The translations under genes were made by a program, and so were the position numbers. Below, piece by piece: positions 7,448-16,044 of a stretch of 39,888 nucleotides of DNA. The first letter of the stretch is position 1. Each line of letters opens with the position of its first letter. This stretch comes from an uncultured Alcanivoracaceae bacterium (GTDB lineage: Bacteria; Pseudomonadota; Gammaproteobacteria; Xanthomonadales; Marinicellaceae), in NCBI GenBank assembly GCA_964594435.1, contig CAZQMH010000001.1, forward strand, positions 1-39,888, in the 5' to 3' direction. The notes under the pieces were generated by a model that had not been told where the DNA came from, made no database searches, and saw nothing but the letters and a program-made list of their open reading frames with translations.

Positions 7448-9894
7448 TATTTGCTAGCTGTTTTTTTGCTTGCTTTTTTCTTTGTTGTCTTGTTTGCTGT
7501 TTTTTTCTTGCTAACTTTTTTCTTGCTTACCTTTTTGCTTACCTTTTTGCTTGTTTTCTTTTTTGTCTTCTTTTTTGTGGCTTTTTTCTTGGTTTTCTTT
7601 TTGAAACGAGATTTTTTATCTGGAGCTTTGGCTAAAATTTCTATGCAATCTTCATGGCTCAATGTTTTAGGGTCGGTTCCCTTTACAATTTTGCCATTCT
7701 TTTTGCCATCCGTTACATAGGGTCCCCAGCGACCGTTTAAAATTTGGATACCATCATCAAAAGTCGTGATAATGCGATTGGCATCGGCAATTTTCTTTTC
7801 TTTGATGAGTTCCAAGGCCTGTTCTAGGGTTATATCATAAGGAGTAGCAGGAAAATCTTTTTTGATAGAAACAAATTTATTAGCATAACGCACATAAGGT
7901 CCAAATCGACCAATGTTGGTGCTAACTTTTTCGCCCTCATCGGTTTCGCCAAGCTTTCTTGGCAACTTGAACAATTCCATCGCTTCTTCAAAAGTGATTT
8001 TATCCAAGCGTTGCCCTGGTAAAAGACCAGCAAATTGTGGCTTGTCTTCATCATCACGGTGACCAATTTGCACAAAAGAACCGTATTTGCCGACCCGTGC
8101 GGTCACGGGTTTGCCAGTTTTGGGATCGGTTCCCAAAACACGTTGGTATTGGGCTTCTTCGCGACTTACGGATTCTTCCTTGTCATCCAATAAGGCTTTG
8201 AAAGGTTGCCAAAATTGTTTAAGCAAAGGAATCCAGCTTTTCTCTCCGCGTGAAATCGCATCCAAAGCATCCTCAAGGTTAGCAGTGTAAGCGTAATCAA
8301 CGTATTTTTCAAAATGCTTTTCTAAGAAGCGTGAAACAACCTTGCCAACATCGGTTGGAATAAAGCGTTTTTTATCGAGTTCAACATAGTCACGGTTAAG
8401 CAAGGTGCTGATAATTGAGGCATAGGTCGAAGGTCGCCCAATACCATGTTCTTCTAGAGCTTTAACCAAGCTTGCCTCAGAATAACGTGGCGGTGGTTCG
8501 GTGAAGTGTTGTTTGCCGCTGATAGCGACTACTTTGGAGGTGTCACCTTGTTTTAAACGTGGCAGATTATTGCTAATTTGTTTTTTCTTATCATCTTGTC
8601 CTTCTTCATAAACGGTTAAAAACCCTTTTTTGATAACGGTAGAACCTGTTGCTCTAAAGACATGTGCATTGCCAAATTCATAATCGGCAGAAACGGTGCC
8701 AATTAAGGCATCGGTCATTTGGCAGGCGAGCGTGCGTTTCCAAATCAAAGAGTAGAGTTTTAGTTGGTCTGTGGCTAAATATTTAGCAATATTTTTAGGA
8801 ATTAATGCCGCATTAACTGGACGAATAGCCTCATGGGCTTCTTGGGCATTTTTTGATTTGCCCTTGTAATAATTGGGTCTTTCAGGGACGAGTTCTTGCC
8901 CAAAAGTCTGTCCAATGGTCTGCCGAATATTTGCTAAAGCATCTTTGGATAGAATCACCGCATCGGTACGCATGTAAGTGATAAGCCCTTGCACACTGCC
9001 ATCAACTGCCATTCCTTCATACAATTGCTGAGCGATTTGCATGGTTTTTCGGGTGGAAAAGCCAAGTTTTCTGGCAGCTTCTTGTTGCAATGTTGAGGTG
9101 ATAAAAGGTGGTGCTGGGTGGCGTTTTCTTTGTTTTTCGGTGAGTTTTGTTACGGTTAAAATCTCACCTGCTTGGGTTTTGAGTTCGGCCAAGACTTTAT
9201 CGACTTGCGGCTTGTTGTTCAAATCAAATTTTTTCAGTTTTTTGCCATCGTATTGAATAAGATTGGCAATAAACTCATGCCGGTCTTTTACCATGGGTGT
9301 GGAAACAGTCCAGTATTCTTTAGGGTTGAAGGCATCAATTTCATCTTCGCGATTAACAATCATACGCAAGGCGGGTGATTGCACACGACCTGCGGATAAA
9401 CCACGCCTGACTTTTTTCCATAACAAAGGTGATAAATTAAAGCCCACAAGGTAATCCAAGGCACGTCTGGCTTGTTGGGCATCAACTAAATCATAGGATA
9501 ATTCACGTGGATTAGCAACCGCTTCTTTGATGGCATTTTTAGTTATTTCACTAAAGACGATACGGTATACATTTTTATCTTTTAAAACTTTGCGTTTTTT
9601 TAAGATTTCAGCCACATGCCATGAAATGGCTTCTCCTTCTCTGTCCAAATCGGTAGCCAGATAGATGGTGTCGGCTTTTTTGGCTTCTCTGACAATGGCA
9701 TCAATGTGTTTTTTGTTGCGGTCAACTTCAACATAAGTCATAGCAAAGTCGTTGTCGGTATCTACGGCTCCCGTTTTGGCAAGTAAGTCACGGATATGCC
9801 CGTAGGATGCTAAAACTTTGTAATCTTTTCCTAAATATTTTTCGATTGTTTTTGATTTTGCCGGTGATTCGACTATTAATAAATTTTTTGCCAT
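7447..9894 (-). CDS. topA: DNA topoisomerase I with cysteine-less C-terminal repeats and a lysine-rich tail
   Basis: Toprim LLIVESPAKSKTIEKYLG, active-site region GLITYMRTDA, C-terminal GRFGPYV / GRWGPYV repeats without C4 zinc ribbons, and a 56-aa tail with 31 Lys. Confidence 0.95.
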   Translation of the reverse strand: MAKNLLIVESPAKSKTIEKYLGKDYKVLASYGHIRDLLAKTGAVDTDNDFAMTYVEVDRNKKHIDAIVREAKKADTIYLATDLDREGEAISWHVAEILKKRKVLKDKNVYRIVFSEITKNAIKEAVANPRELSYDLVDAQQARRALDYLVGFNLSPLLWKKVRRGLSAGRVQSPALRMIVNREDEIDAFNPKEYWTVSTPMVKDRHEFIANLIQYDGKKLKKFDLNNKPQVDKVLAELKTQAGEILTVTKLTEKQRKRHPAPPFITSTLQQEAARKLGFSTRKTMQIAQQLYEGMAVDGSVQGLITYMRTDAVILSKDALANIRQTIGQTFGQELVPERPNYYKGKSKNAQEAHEAIRPVNAALIPKNIAKYLATDQLKLYSLIWKRTLACQMTDALIGTVSADYEFGNAHVFRATGSTVIKKGFLTVYEEGQDDKKKQISNNLPRLKQGDTSKVVAISGKQHFTEPPPRYSEASLVKALEEHGIGRPSTYASIISTLLNRDYVELDKKRFIPTDVGKVVSRFLEKHFEKYVDYAYTANLEDALDAISRGEKSWIPLLKQFWQPFKALLDDKEESVSREEAQYQRVLGTDPKTGKPVTARVGKYGSFVQIGHRDDEDKPQFAGLLPGQRLDKITFEEAMELFKLPRKLGETDEGEKVSTNIGRFGPYVRYANKFVSIKKDFPATPYDITLEQALELIKEKKIADANRIITTFDDGIQILNGRWGPYVTDGKKNGKIVKGTDPKTLSHEDCIEILAKAPDKKSRFKKKTKKKATKKKTKKKTSKKVSKKVSKKKVSKKKTANKTTKKKASKKTASK

Positions 9895-10005
9895 AGTTTA
9901 AATTTTTATCTATTTTGTGATTAAATGCCAGTTGTGCGTGGTTGAATTTGCAGAATAATATCAGATTTTACAAAAGAATGTGTATTTGTTGGTAAAATAA
10001 AGCAA

Positions 10006-11145
10006 TCAAATTCGGATATAGTGTGCTCCAGGCATGGTTTGAATTTTATTTTCCAACTCAAGGATTAGCAATATCGAGGCAATTTCTTGTGCATTGCAAG
10101 CACTTTTTTGCATGATGGTCTCTAAAGAAGTGGCTTCGTATTGAATGCATTCTAAGACACGTTGGTGTTGGCTGCTTATTTCTTCGTTTTCTTGTAGCGT
10201 ATCCGTTATGGCTTCATTTTTTGCTTCTGTATTTGAATCGAGATTGGCAAGTTTTTGTTTGATTTGCATGGATAAAGAAGCCGCCAAAGGCGTGAGTTCT
10301 TCCAGTATTTCTTGGGCAGATTCGACCAGCTTGGCTCCTTGTTTAATTAATAAATGACAGCCTTTGACCATTGGTGAGTGAATTGAACCAGGAATTGCCA
10401 TAACGGGTCGATTAATTTCCATGGTTTGTCTGGCTGTGATTAATGTGCCACTTTTTACACTGGCTTCCATAACCAAGGTACCAAGAGAAAGCCCGCAAAT
10501 AATACGGTTTCGTCGTGGAAAATTATACGCATTTGGTTTGGTGCCAATGGCAAACTCGGAAACTAACGCTCCTTTTTCGGCTATTTGGTGAGCCAAATCT
10601 CGGTGCCTAGGCGGATAAACGCTGTCTAAACCTGTGCCCATAACTGCGATGGTTATGCCATTGGCTTTTAAGGCGGCGGCATGTGCAGCACCATCAACCC
10701 CAAGAGCCATGCCGCTGGTAATAACCAAACCATTTTTTGCCAAGTCATAACAAAAGGCATGGGTGTTTTTTAAACCAACAGCACTTGCATTGCGAGAACC
10801 AACCACCGCAAGCTGTGCTTGCAATAACACTTGGGGGTTGCCTGTAATGTAGAGCAATGGCGGTGGTGAATCGGTTTGTTTTAATAAAGGCGGATACAAA
10901 TCATCGTTCAAAGTTAGCACGGAGTTGCCTTCTTTCTCAAGCCAATACAAATCTTGTTTTATGGTGTCAAAGTCAGGATTTTTTAAACTTTGTTGCACCG
11001 CTTGAGGGATTTTGAGCTCATTTGGGAAGTGGCGTTGCTTAAAAATAGCACTGGCATCATTATAATAGTCGAGCAACATCTTGATTCGAGCCGTGCCCAA
11101 TCCTTTAGTTTGGGTTAATAAAAGCCACGCTTGAGTTGTGTCCAT
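10006..11145 (-). CDS. dprA: DNA-processing protein DprA (Smf)
   Basis: LAVVGSRNAS, GMALGVDGAAH and NFPRRNRII motifs. The ORF extends to an ATG at 11175, but that codon lies inside the upstream terminator hairpin, so the ATG at 11145 (MDTTQAW...) is preferred. Confidence 0.88.
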   Translation of the reverse strand: MDTTQAWLLLTQTKGLGTARIKMLLDYYNDASAIFKQRHFPNELKIPQAVQQSLKNPDFDTIKQDLYWLEKEGNSVLTLNDDLYPPLLKQTDSPPPLLYITGNPQVLLQAQLAVVGSRNASAVGLKNTHAFCYDLAKNGLVITSGMALGVDGAAHAAALKANGITIAVMGTGLDSVYPPRHRDLAHQIAEKGALVSEFAIGTKPNAYNFPRRNRIICGLSLGTLVMEASVKSGTLITARQTMEINRPVMAIPGSIHSPMVKGCHLLIKQGAKLVESAQEILEELTPLAASLSMQIKQKLANLDSNTEAKNEAITDTLQENEEISSQHQRVLECIQYEATSLETIMQKSACNAQEIASILLILELENKIQTMPGAHYIRI

Positions 11146-11162
11146 GGTATTTTCCAGACGAT

Positions 11163-11196
11163 AAAAAAGACCCATTATATAATGAGTCTTTTTTTA
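11163..11196 (-). terminator. Rho-independent terminator after the LysM/TsaP-like gene
   Basis: Minus strand AAAAAAAGACUCAUUAUAUAAUGGGUCUUUUUU: long AU-rich palindromic stem with one G-U pair followed by a U run. An A run on the other side makes it potentially bidirectional. Confidence 0.6.
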
Positions 11197-11232
11197 TTGG
11201 ATTAAAATTTTCTAAATTTATTGTCGCAAGCT

Positions 11233-12432
11233 TTAAGGCAAGCGTGCCAAGTCATACAGTTTGACAGGACGATTACCCTCGACAATTAAGGCATAAGATA
11301 TGTGATCAAAGGTTTTGAAAACCATGATATTAGCCAAATATTCCTCAGGCAAGGTGACCATTGCTTTACCAGGCTGGAAGAAAGTTTTGGCATCACCCTT
11401 AGGGTGCATAACATTATCTCTTATGCGACGCTCTGGTCTGAACACTTCAAACACATCACCAGTATTAACACCATCTGCCATACCGCGACTCAAAGCAACT
11501 ATTTGCCATTTTCCACTTCTGAATATGGCATTGTTTAAGGCAACAATGCGGATGTTGTCATCATTTATAGTGGCTGCTTTAGGTTGGAAAAAAGCATCAA
11601 ACTCATCGGTGTTAACTGGCATGATGAGATCGCCTTCTTGTGCTTCACGTATATTGCCATTGACTTTCAAGGTGGTGATGCCTTTATCGCCAGTTCGGGT
11701 CACATAAGCAGTTGCAATGTCTTGAACTTCGTAACCAAGTATTTTACCCTTACCTTCAAACCGCATAACGCTTTTCCAAAAGCTTTTGCTTAAAGCTGGA
11801 GGTATGTTGACACTGCGTTTGTCCCAAGCTGAGGCAACCACTTTGGTGTCATTCTGGTTTTCTTCGTGCCAAAAACGACGGTGTGGAACTTCTTTATAAA
11901 CATTTGTTGGTCTGACAATGGCAAATAAATCGCCTGCTTTGGCTTGCAAACCTTTGACATAGACATTAACAGGTGTTGTTCCACGTAAATGACCTTCTTC
12001 GATTGAAACGATATAAGGTGCTAAATCAATGGCTTCTTTATCCATGATGCGTAATTTTTGTAAAAATGGCTCAATCAATGCCAAAGGTACGGTCGGTATT
12101 GCACTGCCGTGAGAAACCGATCGGCTTTTGGGTGAGAGTTTTACCGTTGGATGACCGCGATTGATTTGGATTCTGGGTTGCCCTTCGACATAAATAAGGC
12201 TGATTTCATCTCCTGGATAAATCAAATGCGGGTTTTCAATTTGGGGATTCGCATGCCAGACTTCTGGCCATACCCAAGGTGATTTTAGAAAACGTGCAGA
12301 AATATCCCATAAGGTGTCACCCTTTTGAACAATATAGCTATCGGGATGAGATGGATTAACCTCAATTTCAGCAACGACCGAAGTGGCAATAAATGTTATT
12401 GCAATTAAAAGTAAATGTAATTTTTTAAGCAT
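11233..12432 (-). CDS. tsaP: LysM peptidoglycan-binding protein, TsaP-like (secretin-associated)
   Basis: Signal peptide MLKKLHLLLIAITFIATSVVA, LysM motif YIVQKGDTLWDISARFLKSPWVWPEVW, and conserved position between dprA and def as in Pseudomonas/Neisseria. The listed ORF start at 12474 is a TTG; the ATG at 12432 is preferred. Confidence 0.75.
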   Translation of the reverse strand: MLKKLHLLLIAITFIATSVVAEIEVNPSHPDSYIVQKGDTLWDISARFLKSPWVWPEVWHANPQIENPHLIYPGDEISLIYVEGQPRIQINRGHPTVKLSPKSRSVSHGSAIPTVPLALIEPFLQKLRIMDKEAIDLAPYIVSIEEGHLRGTTPVNVYVKGLQAKAGDLFAIVRPTNVYKEVPHRRFWHEENQNDTKVVASAWDKRSVNIPPALSKSFWKSVMRFEGKGKILGYEVQDIATAYVTRTGDKGITTLKVNGNIREAQEGDLIMPVNTDEFDAFFQPKAATINDDNIRIVALNNAIFRSGKWQIVALSRGMADGVNTGDVFEVFRPERRIRDNVMHPKGDAKTFFQPGKAMVTLPEEYLANIMVFKTFDHISYALIVEGNRPVKLYDLARLP

Positions 12433-12595
12433 TTCTGACAAACCCTTGATTTCATTAGTGTTTAGTTTAGCCAAAAACTACAGTAAATCAAACTAAATTT
12501 TGTGATTCTGCCTGCATTTTTTAAAAAAAGGTGTTTTTTTGTAGCAAAAAGCTCAGCTTTTTTGTGATTTGCCTTTAAAAAAAACACTTCAATAC

Positions 12596-12601
12596 TATAA
12601 T
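12596..12601 (+). promoter_or_regulatory. Candidate -10 box (TATAAT) for def
   Basis: Perfect TATAAT 24 nt upstream of the def ATG. No convincing -35 at 17 bp spacing. Confidence 0.3.
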
Positions 12602-12625
12602 GAGTAAAATTATGAAATTTAAGAA

Positions 12626-13126
12626 ATGACACATTTAAGCATATTAACGCTTCCCGATAAGCGTCTCAAAACGGTTGCCGCAGAAGTCAAAACTTTTGAT
12701 GGACAATTACAGCGGCTTACCAGCGATATGTTGCACACCATGTACGATGCTCCTGGTATCGGTTTGGCTGCGACGCAAGTCAATGTCCACCAACAAATTG
12801 TTGTGATGGATATTTCTGAGGATAAAAATGAGCCATTAATTTTGATTAATCCAAAAATTGTTAAAAAGGAAGGTAAGCAATTGCATGAAGAAGGCTGTTT
12901 GTCTGTGCCTGGAATATATGCCAAAGTTCAACGAGCAAATAAAATTGAAGTACAAGCCCAAAACATTAAAGGCGAACAATTTACCATGCAAGCACAAGAG
13001 TTGCTTGCCGTTTGTATTCAGCACGAATGCGATCACCTTAAAGGCATCGTCTTTCTTGATCATCTTTCGCCATTAAAAAGAAAAATGGCATTGAAAAAAT
13101 TAGCCAAAGAAAAAGAAAATGATTGA
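12626..13126 (+). CDS. def: Peptide deformylase
   Basis: GIGLAATQV, EGCLSVPG and QHECDHL metal-binding motifs; collinear with E. coli Def. Confidence 0.95.
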   Translation: MTHLSILTLPDKRLKTVAAEVKTFDGQLQRLTSDMLHTMYDAPGIGLAATQVNVHQQIVVMDISEDKNEPLILINPKIVKKEGKQLHEEGCLSVPGIYAKVQRANKIEVQAQNIKGEQFTMQAQELLAVCIQHECDHLKGIVFLDHLSPLKRKMALKKLAKEKEND

Positions 13127-13763
13127 ACTCTACACAGCTGCCACTCCCAATGGCTGGAAAATTTCAATTATGCTGGAAGAAATCGCCATGCCCTATAAAG
13201 TTTTTCCAATAAATTTATCTAAGGATGAACAAAAAACAGATGAATTTTTAGCATTGAACCCTAACGGCAAAATTCCTGTCATTAAAGACAGGCAAAACAA
13301 TCAAGTCGTATTTGAAAGCGGTGCCATTTTGCAGTATCTTGCTGAAAAAAGTAAGCAATTGATGCCAAAGCAGACAAAGTACGAAATCTTGCAATGGCTT
13401 ATGTTTCAAGTTGGTGGCATTGGTCCTATGATGGGGCAAGCCAATGTGTTTGTGCGGTATTTTCCTGAAAAAATTCCTGCCGTCATTGAACGCTACCAAA
13501 ATGAAGTGAAACGGTTATTTGCTGTTATGGACAAACACTTGTCTACACGAAACTACTTGGCGGGTGATTATTCTATTGCCGATATTGCCAATTGGAGCTG
13601 GGTACATATTGCTTATTGGCCTAAGATTGATTTGCAAGCATTTCCTCATCTCAATACATGGGTCGAGCGTATCGCTCAACGTCCTGCAGTGATAAAAGGC
13701 ATCAATATCCCAAAAAAACTGAATGAAGAAGCCGTCAGGAAGACAGGACAAAAAATCATTTAA
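13119..13763 (+). CDS. Glutathione S-transferase family protein, YfcG-like (Nu class)
   Basis: N-terminus MIELYTAATPNGWKISIMLEE...NPNGKIPVI closely parallels E. coli YfcG (MIDLYFAPTPNGHKITLFLEE...). Overlaps the def stop by 8 nt. Confidence 0.8.
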   Translation: MIELYTAATPNGWKISIMLEEIAMPYKVFPINLSKDEQKTDEFLALNPNGKIPVIKDRQNNQVVFESGAILQYLAEKSKQLMPKQTKYEILQWLMFQVGGIGPMMGQANVFVRYFPEKIPAVIERYQNEVKRLFAVMDKHLSTRNYLAGDYSIADIANWSWVHIAYWPKIDLQAFPHLNTWVERIAQRPAVIKGINIPKKLNEEAVRKTGQKII

Positions 13764-13798
13764 CCCCAAATATCCCTATTCATCTTTTTGGGAACGGG

Positions 13799-14821
13799 TT
13801 AGTAAAGCAAAAGTACAGCAGCAATAATAACGAGAACAAGCATTAAAATCGTTGGTAATACGTAGTTGTTTTTTTGAGAGGAATGCACTTCTTTGCTTCC
13901 TGCCGCTGTTTCTAACAGCTTAAAGTCGTCTTCTGATAAATCGGTAATTGAGGTTTGATCGACTTTGTTTGGGTCTTGTTCGTCTTCTGATAATGTATCA
14001 CTTTCTGACAAACTGGCTTGTGATTTTTTTTCACTTGCTGTCACAAAGATGTTGGATATTTTGCCTGTACGTGTGTCAAATTTGCGGTAAATTTTTGGTT
14101 GTTGAATATTTTTAGTGAGGATGTTCTTGCTTACGCTCTTTATGGCAATCAAAGTGATGTTGTCCTTGCCTTCTTTTTCTACTGCCATATTTACCAGTGT
14201 TGATGCAATGTATTCAACACGATTGGATTCTTTGATGGATGCAATGATGTTTTTTTCATTCGCTATGCTGTAAAGTCCATCAGAACACAGCAATAATATT
14301 TGGTTCTTGTTCAATGTGCCTGAATTGACATTTATAGTGATTTCTTTTCTCTCTATTCCCAGTGCTTGGGAAATGATATTCCTATCAGGATGATTCTCTA
14401 TTTCATCAAGAGAAATATGACCGTTGTCGTACAATAACTGCACATAAGAGTCATCTTTTGTGATGAGCTTAAGTTCATTGTCCCATATATAGGCACGTGA
14501 GTCGCCAACCCAAGCAATTTCATAAGAATTGCCATTAAATAAAGCGGCGACAATGGTCGTTGCCATGCCTTGTCGGTCAAGATTTCCTTGGGCTTCTTTA
14601 ACCAGCAATCGGTGCGCCTGGTAAATTGATTCTTTTAGACTTGTTCCTGCTTTAATATTATCCAACACCGCTTGGCAGGCAAGTGTGCTGGCAACATCAC
14701 CTTTTTCTAGTCCTCCCACACCATCGGCGACGATATAAAGCCCGAAATTTTCATCAATGAGATAAGCGTCTTCGTTTACATGGCGTTGTCCAATGTGTGT
14801 TTTAGCAAAGCTTTTTAGCAT
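13799..14821 (-). CDS. PP2C-family Ser/Thr protein phosphatase with acidic linker and C-terminal TM anchor
   Basis: NEDAY, VADGVGG, CSDGLYS and DNITLIAI PP2C motifs. C-terminal hydrophobic tail LPTILMLVLVIIAAVLLLY ends the protein. Confidence 0.85.
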   Translation of the reverse strand: MLKSFAKTHIGQRHVNEDAYLIDENFGLYIVADGVGGLEKGDVASTLACQAVLDNIKAGTSLKESIYQAHRLLVKEAQGNLDRQGMATTIVAALFNGNSYEIAWVGDSRAYIWDNELKLITKDDSYVQLLYDNGHISLDEIENHPDRNIISQALGIERKEITINVNSGTLNKNQILLLCSDGLYSIANEKNIIASIKESNRVEYIASTLVNMAVEKEGKDNITLIAIKSVSKNILTKNIQQPKIYRKFDTRTGKISNIFVTASEKKSQASLSESDTLSEDEQDPNKVDQTSITDLSEDDFKLLETAAGSKEVHSSQKNNYVLPTILMLVLVIIAAVLLLY

Positions 14822-14945
14822 AGGTTGTCAAAGTGTAAAGTATCGCTCATCGCATGAGTTTAATGGATGGATATAATTATGTATACAAAATTCTGCTAAT
14901 AAATAAATTATGTGAGCTCTATCACAGTTTTGGCGACATAACCAC

Positions 14946-15971
14946 TCATCCATTTTCTAATAATTGCCGCAAATCGATGATTCCTGCATTGGCTCGGGAT
15001 ATGTAGGATGCCATAACCAGTGAGTGATTGGCAAAAAAACCAAATCCAGAGCCGTTTAATATCATCGGCGTCCAGATGGATTCTTGCGTGGCTTCGAGTT
15101 CTCTTATGATTTGCCTAAGACTTACTAGGGCATTTTTCTTCTCAAGAACGGCTTTAAAATCCACCTCAATAGCACGTAAAAAATGTATCAATGCCCAAGT
15201 CGAGCCACGAGCTTCATAAAAATTATCATCTATTTGAAACCAACTGGTTTTTACACGCAATTCACTTGGCTTATAGGTTGATTGGGTGGCAGCTGTATCA
15301 CCACTTAAATCGGTGTTAAGTCTATCGGTAATAACGCTAGCACTGAGTTTTTGTGACAAGCCGCCCAGTCTTTTCTCAACCAACTTGAGATAAATCACCA
15401 AGTTATCCGCTCGGGCATAGAATTGTGCGTCGGCCTCATTATCATCACTGAGACGTGTTAAATAATGATGCAATGCTTTTATCGCTTCGGTGTATTGGGC
15501 TTCGGTTTTTGGTAATATCCATGAATTGTTGTCATAATTAAATTTCGGTTCTGATTCTTTTAAATCATTATCTTCTAATGATTGGCTTTGAGAACGACTG
15601 AAATCATTACGTAGCGTTCTGGCTAAGTCTCTGATTTGTACCAAAACACCATATTCCCATTTTGGGATGTTATCCATTATGACCGAGGGCGGCATGATAT
15701 CATTGGTTAAATATCCGCCTGGTTTGTGCAATAAAGTTGTGGCGACTTCCAGCAAGGTTGCTGTGGTGGTAAAACCCGTAACCACACGATGCCCGTGTTC
15801 CTCTGCCCTTTGTTTGGCAACTTGGTTGACATTAAATAAATCTGGCTCACGATCGTAGTAAAACATTAAAAGAATATTGATAAATAAAAAAGCCAAAGCA
15901 AACCATTTGAAAAGTTTTAATTTGTTTCTTATTTTATCTGTCTTATTTACAGGGTATCTTTTATCTGTCAT
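14946..15971 (-). CDS. DUF2333-family membrane-anchored protein
   Basis: N-terminal TM helix, then WEYGVLVQIRDLARTLRNDFSRSQSQS, FYEARG and MASYISRANAGIIDLRQLL, which I recall as the DUF2333 signature. Confidence 0.65.
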   Translation of the reverse strand: MTDKRYPVNKTDKIRNKLKLFKWFALAFLFINILLMFYYDREPDLFNVNQVAKQRAEEHGHRVVTGFTTTATLLEVATTLLHKPGGYLTNDIMPPSVIMDNIPKWEYGVLVQIRDLARTLRNDFSRSQSQSLEDNDLKESEPKFNYDNNSWILPKTEAQYTEAIKALHHYLTRLSDDNEADAQFYARADNLVIYLKLVEKRLGGLSQKLSASVITDRLNTDLSGDTAATQSTYKPSELRVKTSWFQIDDNFYEARGSTWALIHFLRAIEVDFKAVLEKKNALVSLRQIIRELEATQESIWTPMILNGSGFGFFANHSLVMASYISRANAGIIDLRQLLENG

Positions 15972-16044
15972 GATTTGTCATTTTCTATTAATCATTAATC
16001 ATAATAACAATTTTTTGCAAAAATAGCATGTGCTAAAAGTCAGT

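Noticed and set aside
7322-7720. Plus-strand ORFs of 132 aa and 64 aa made almost entirely of F/L/V/C residues
   Set aside because: They are the antisense reading of the AAG/AAA-rich lysine tail of topA (and the tsaC start). They are low-complexity mirror ORFs with no independent start context or homology.
12501-12516. Possible CRP site because of the TGTGA half-site
   Set aside because: The second half-site at the required 6-bp spacing reads CTGCA (copy 1) or TTTAA (copy 2) rather than TCACA, so it is not palindromic.
12612-12629. Mini-ORF ATG AAA TTT AAG AAA TGA (MKFKK) whose stop overlaps the def ATG
   Set aside because: Only five codons, no SD, and such ORFs arise easily in AT-rich leaders. 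There is no evidence for a leader-peptide mechanism.
13765-13791. CCCAAA...TTTGGG weak hairpin between the convergent GST and PP2C genes, as a terminator or a further repeat-family copy
   Set aside because: Only a 6-bp stem with a 15-nt loop, and the core is interrupted (CCCAAATATCCC). It is mentioned as possible in a finding but not strong enough to list as a feature.
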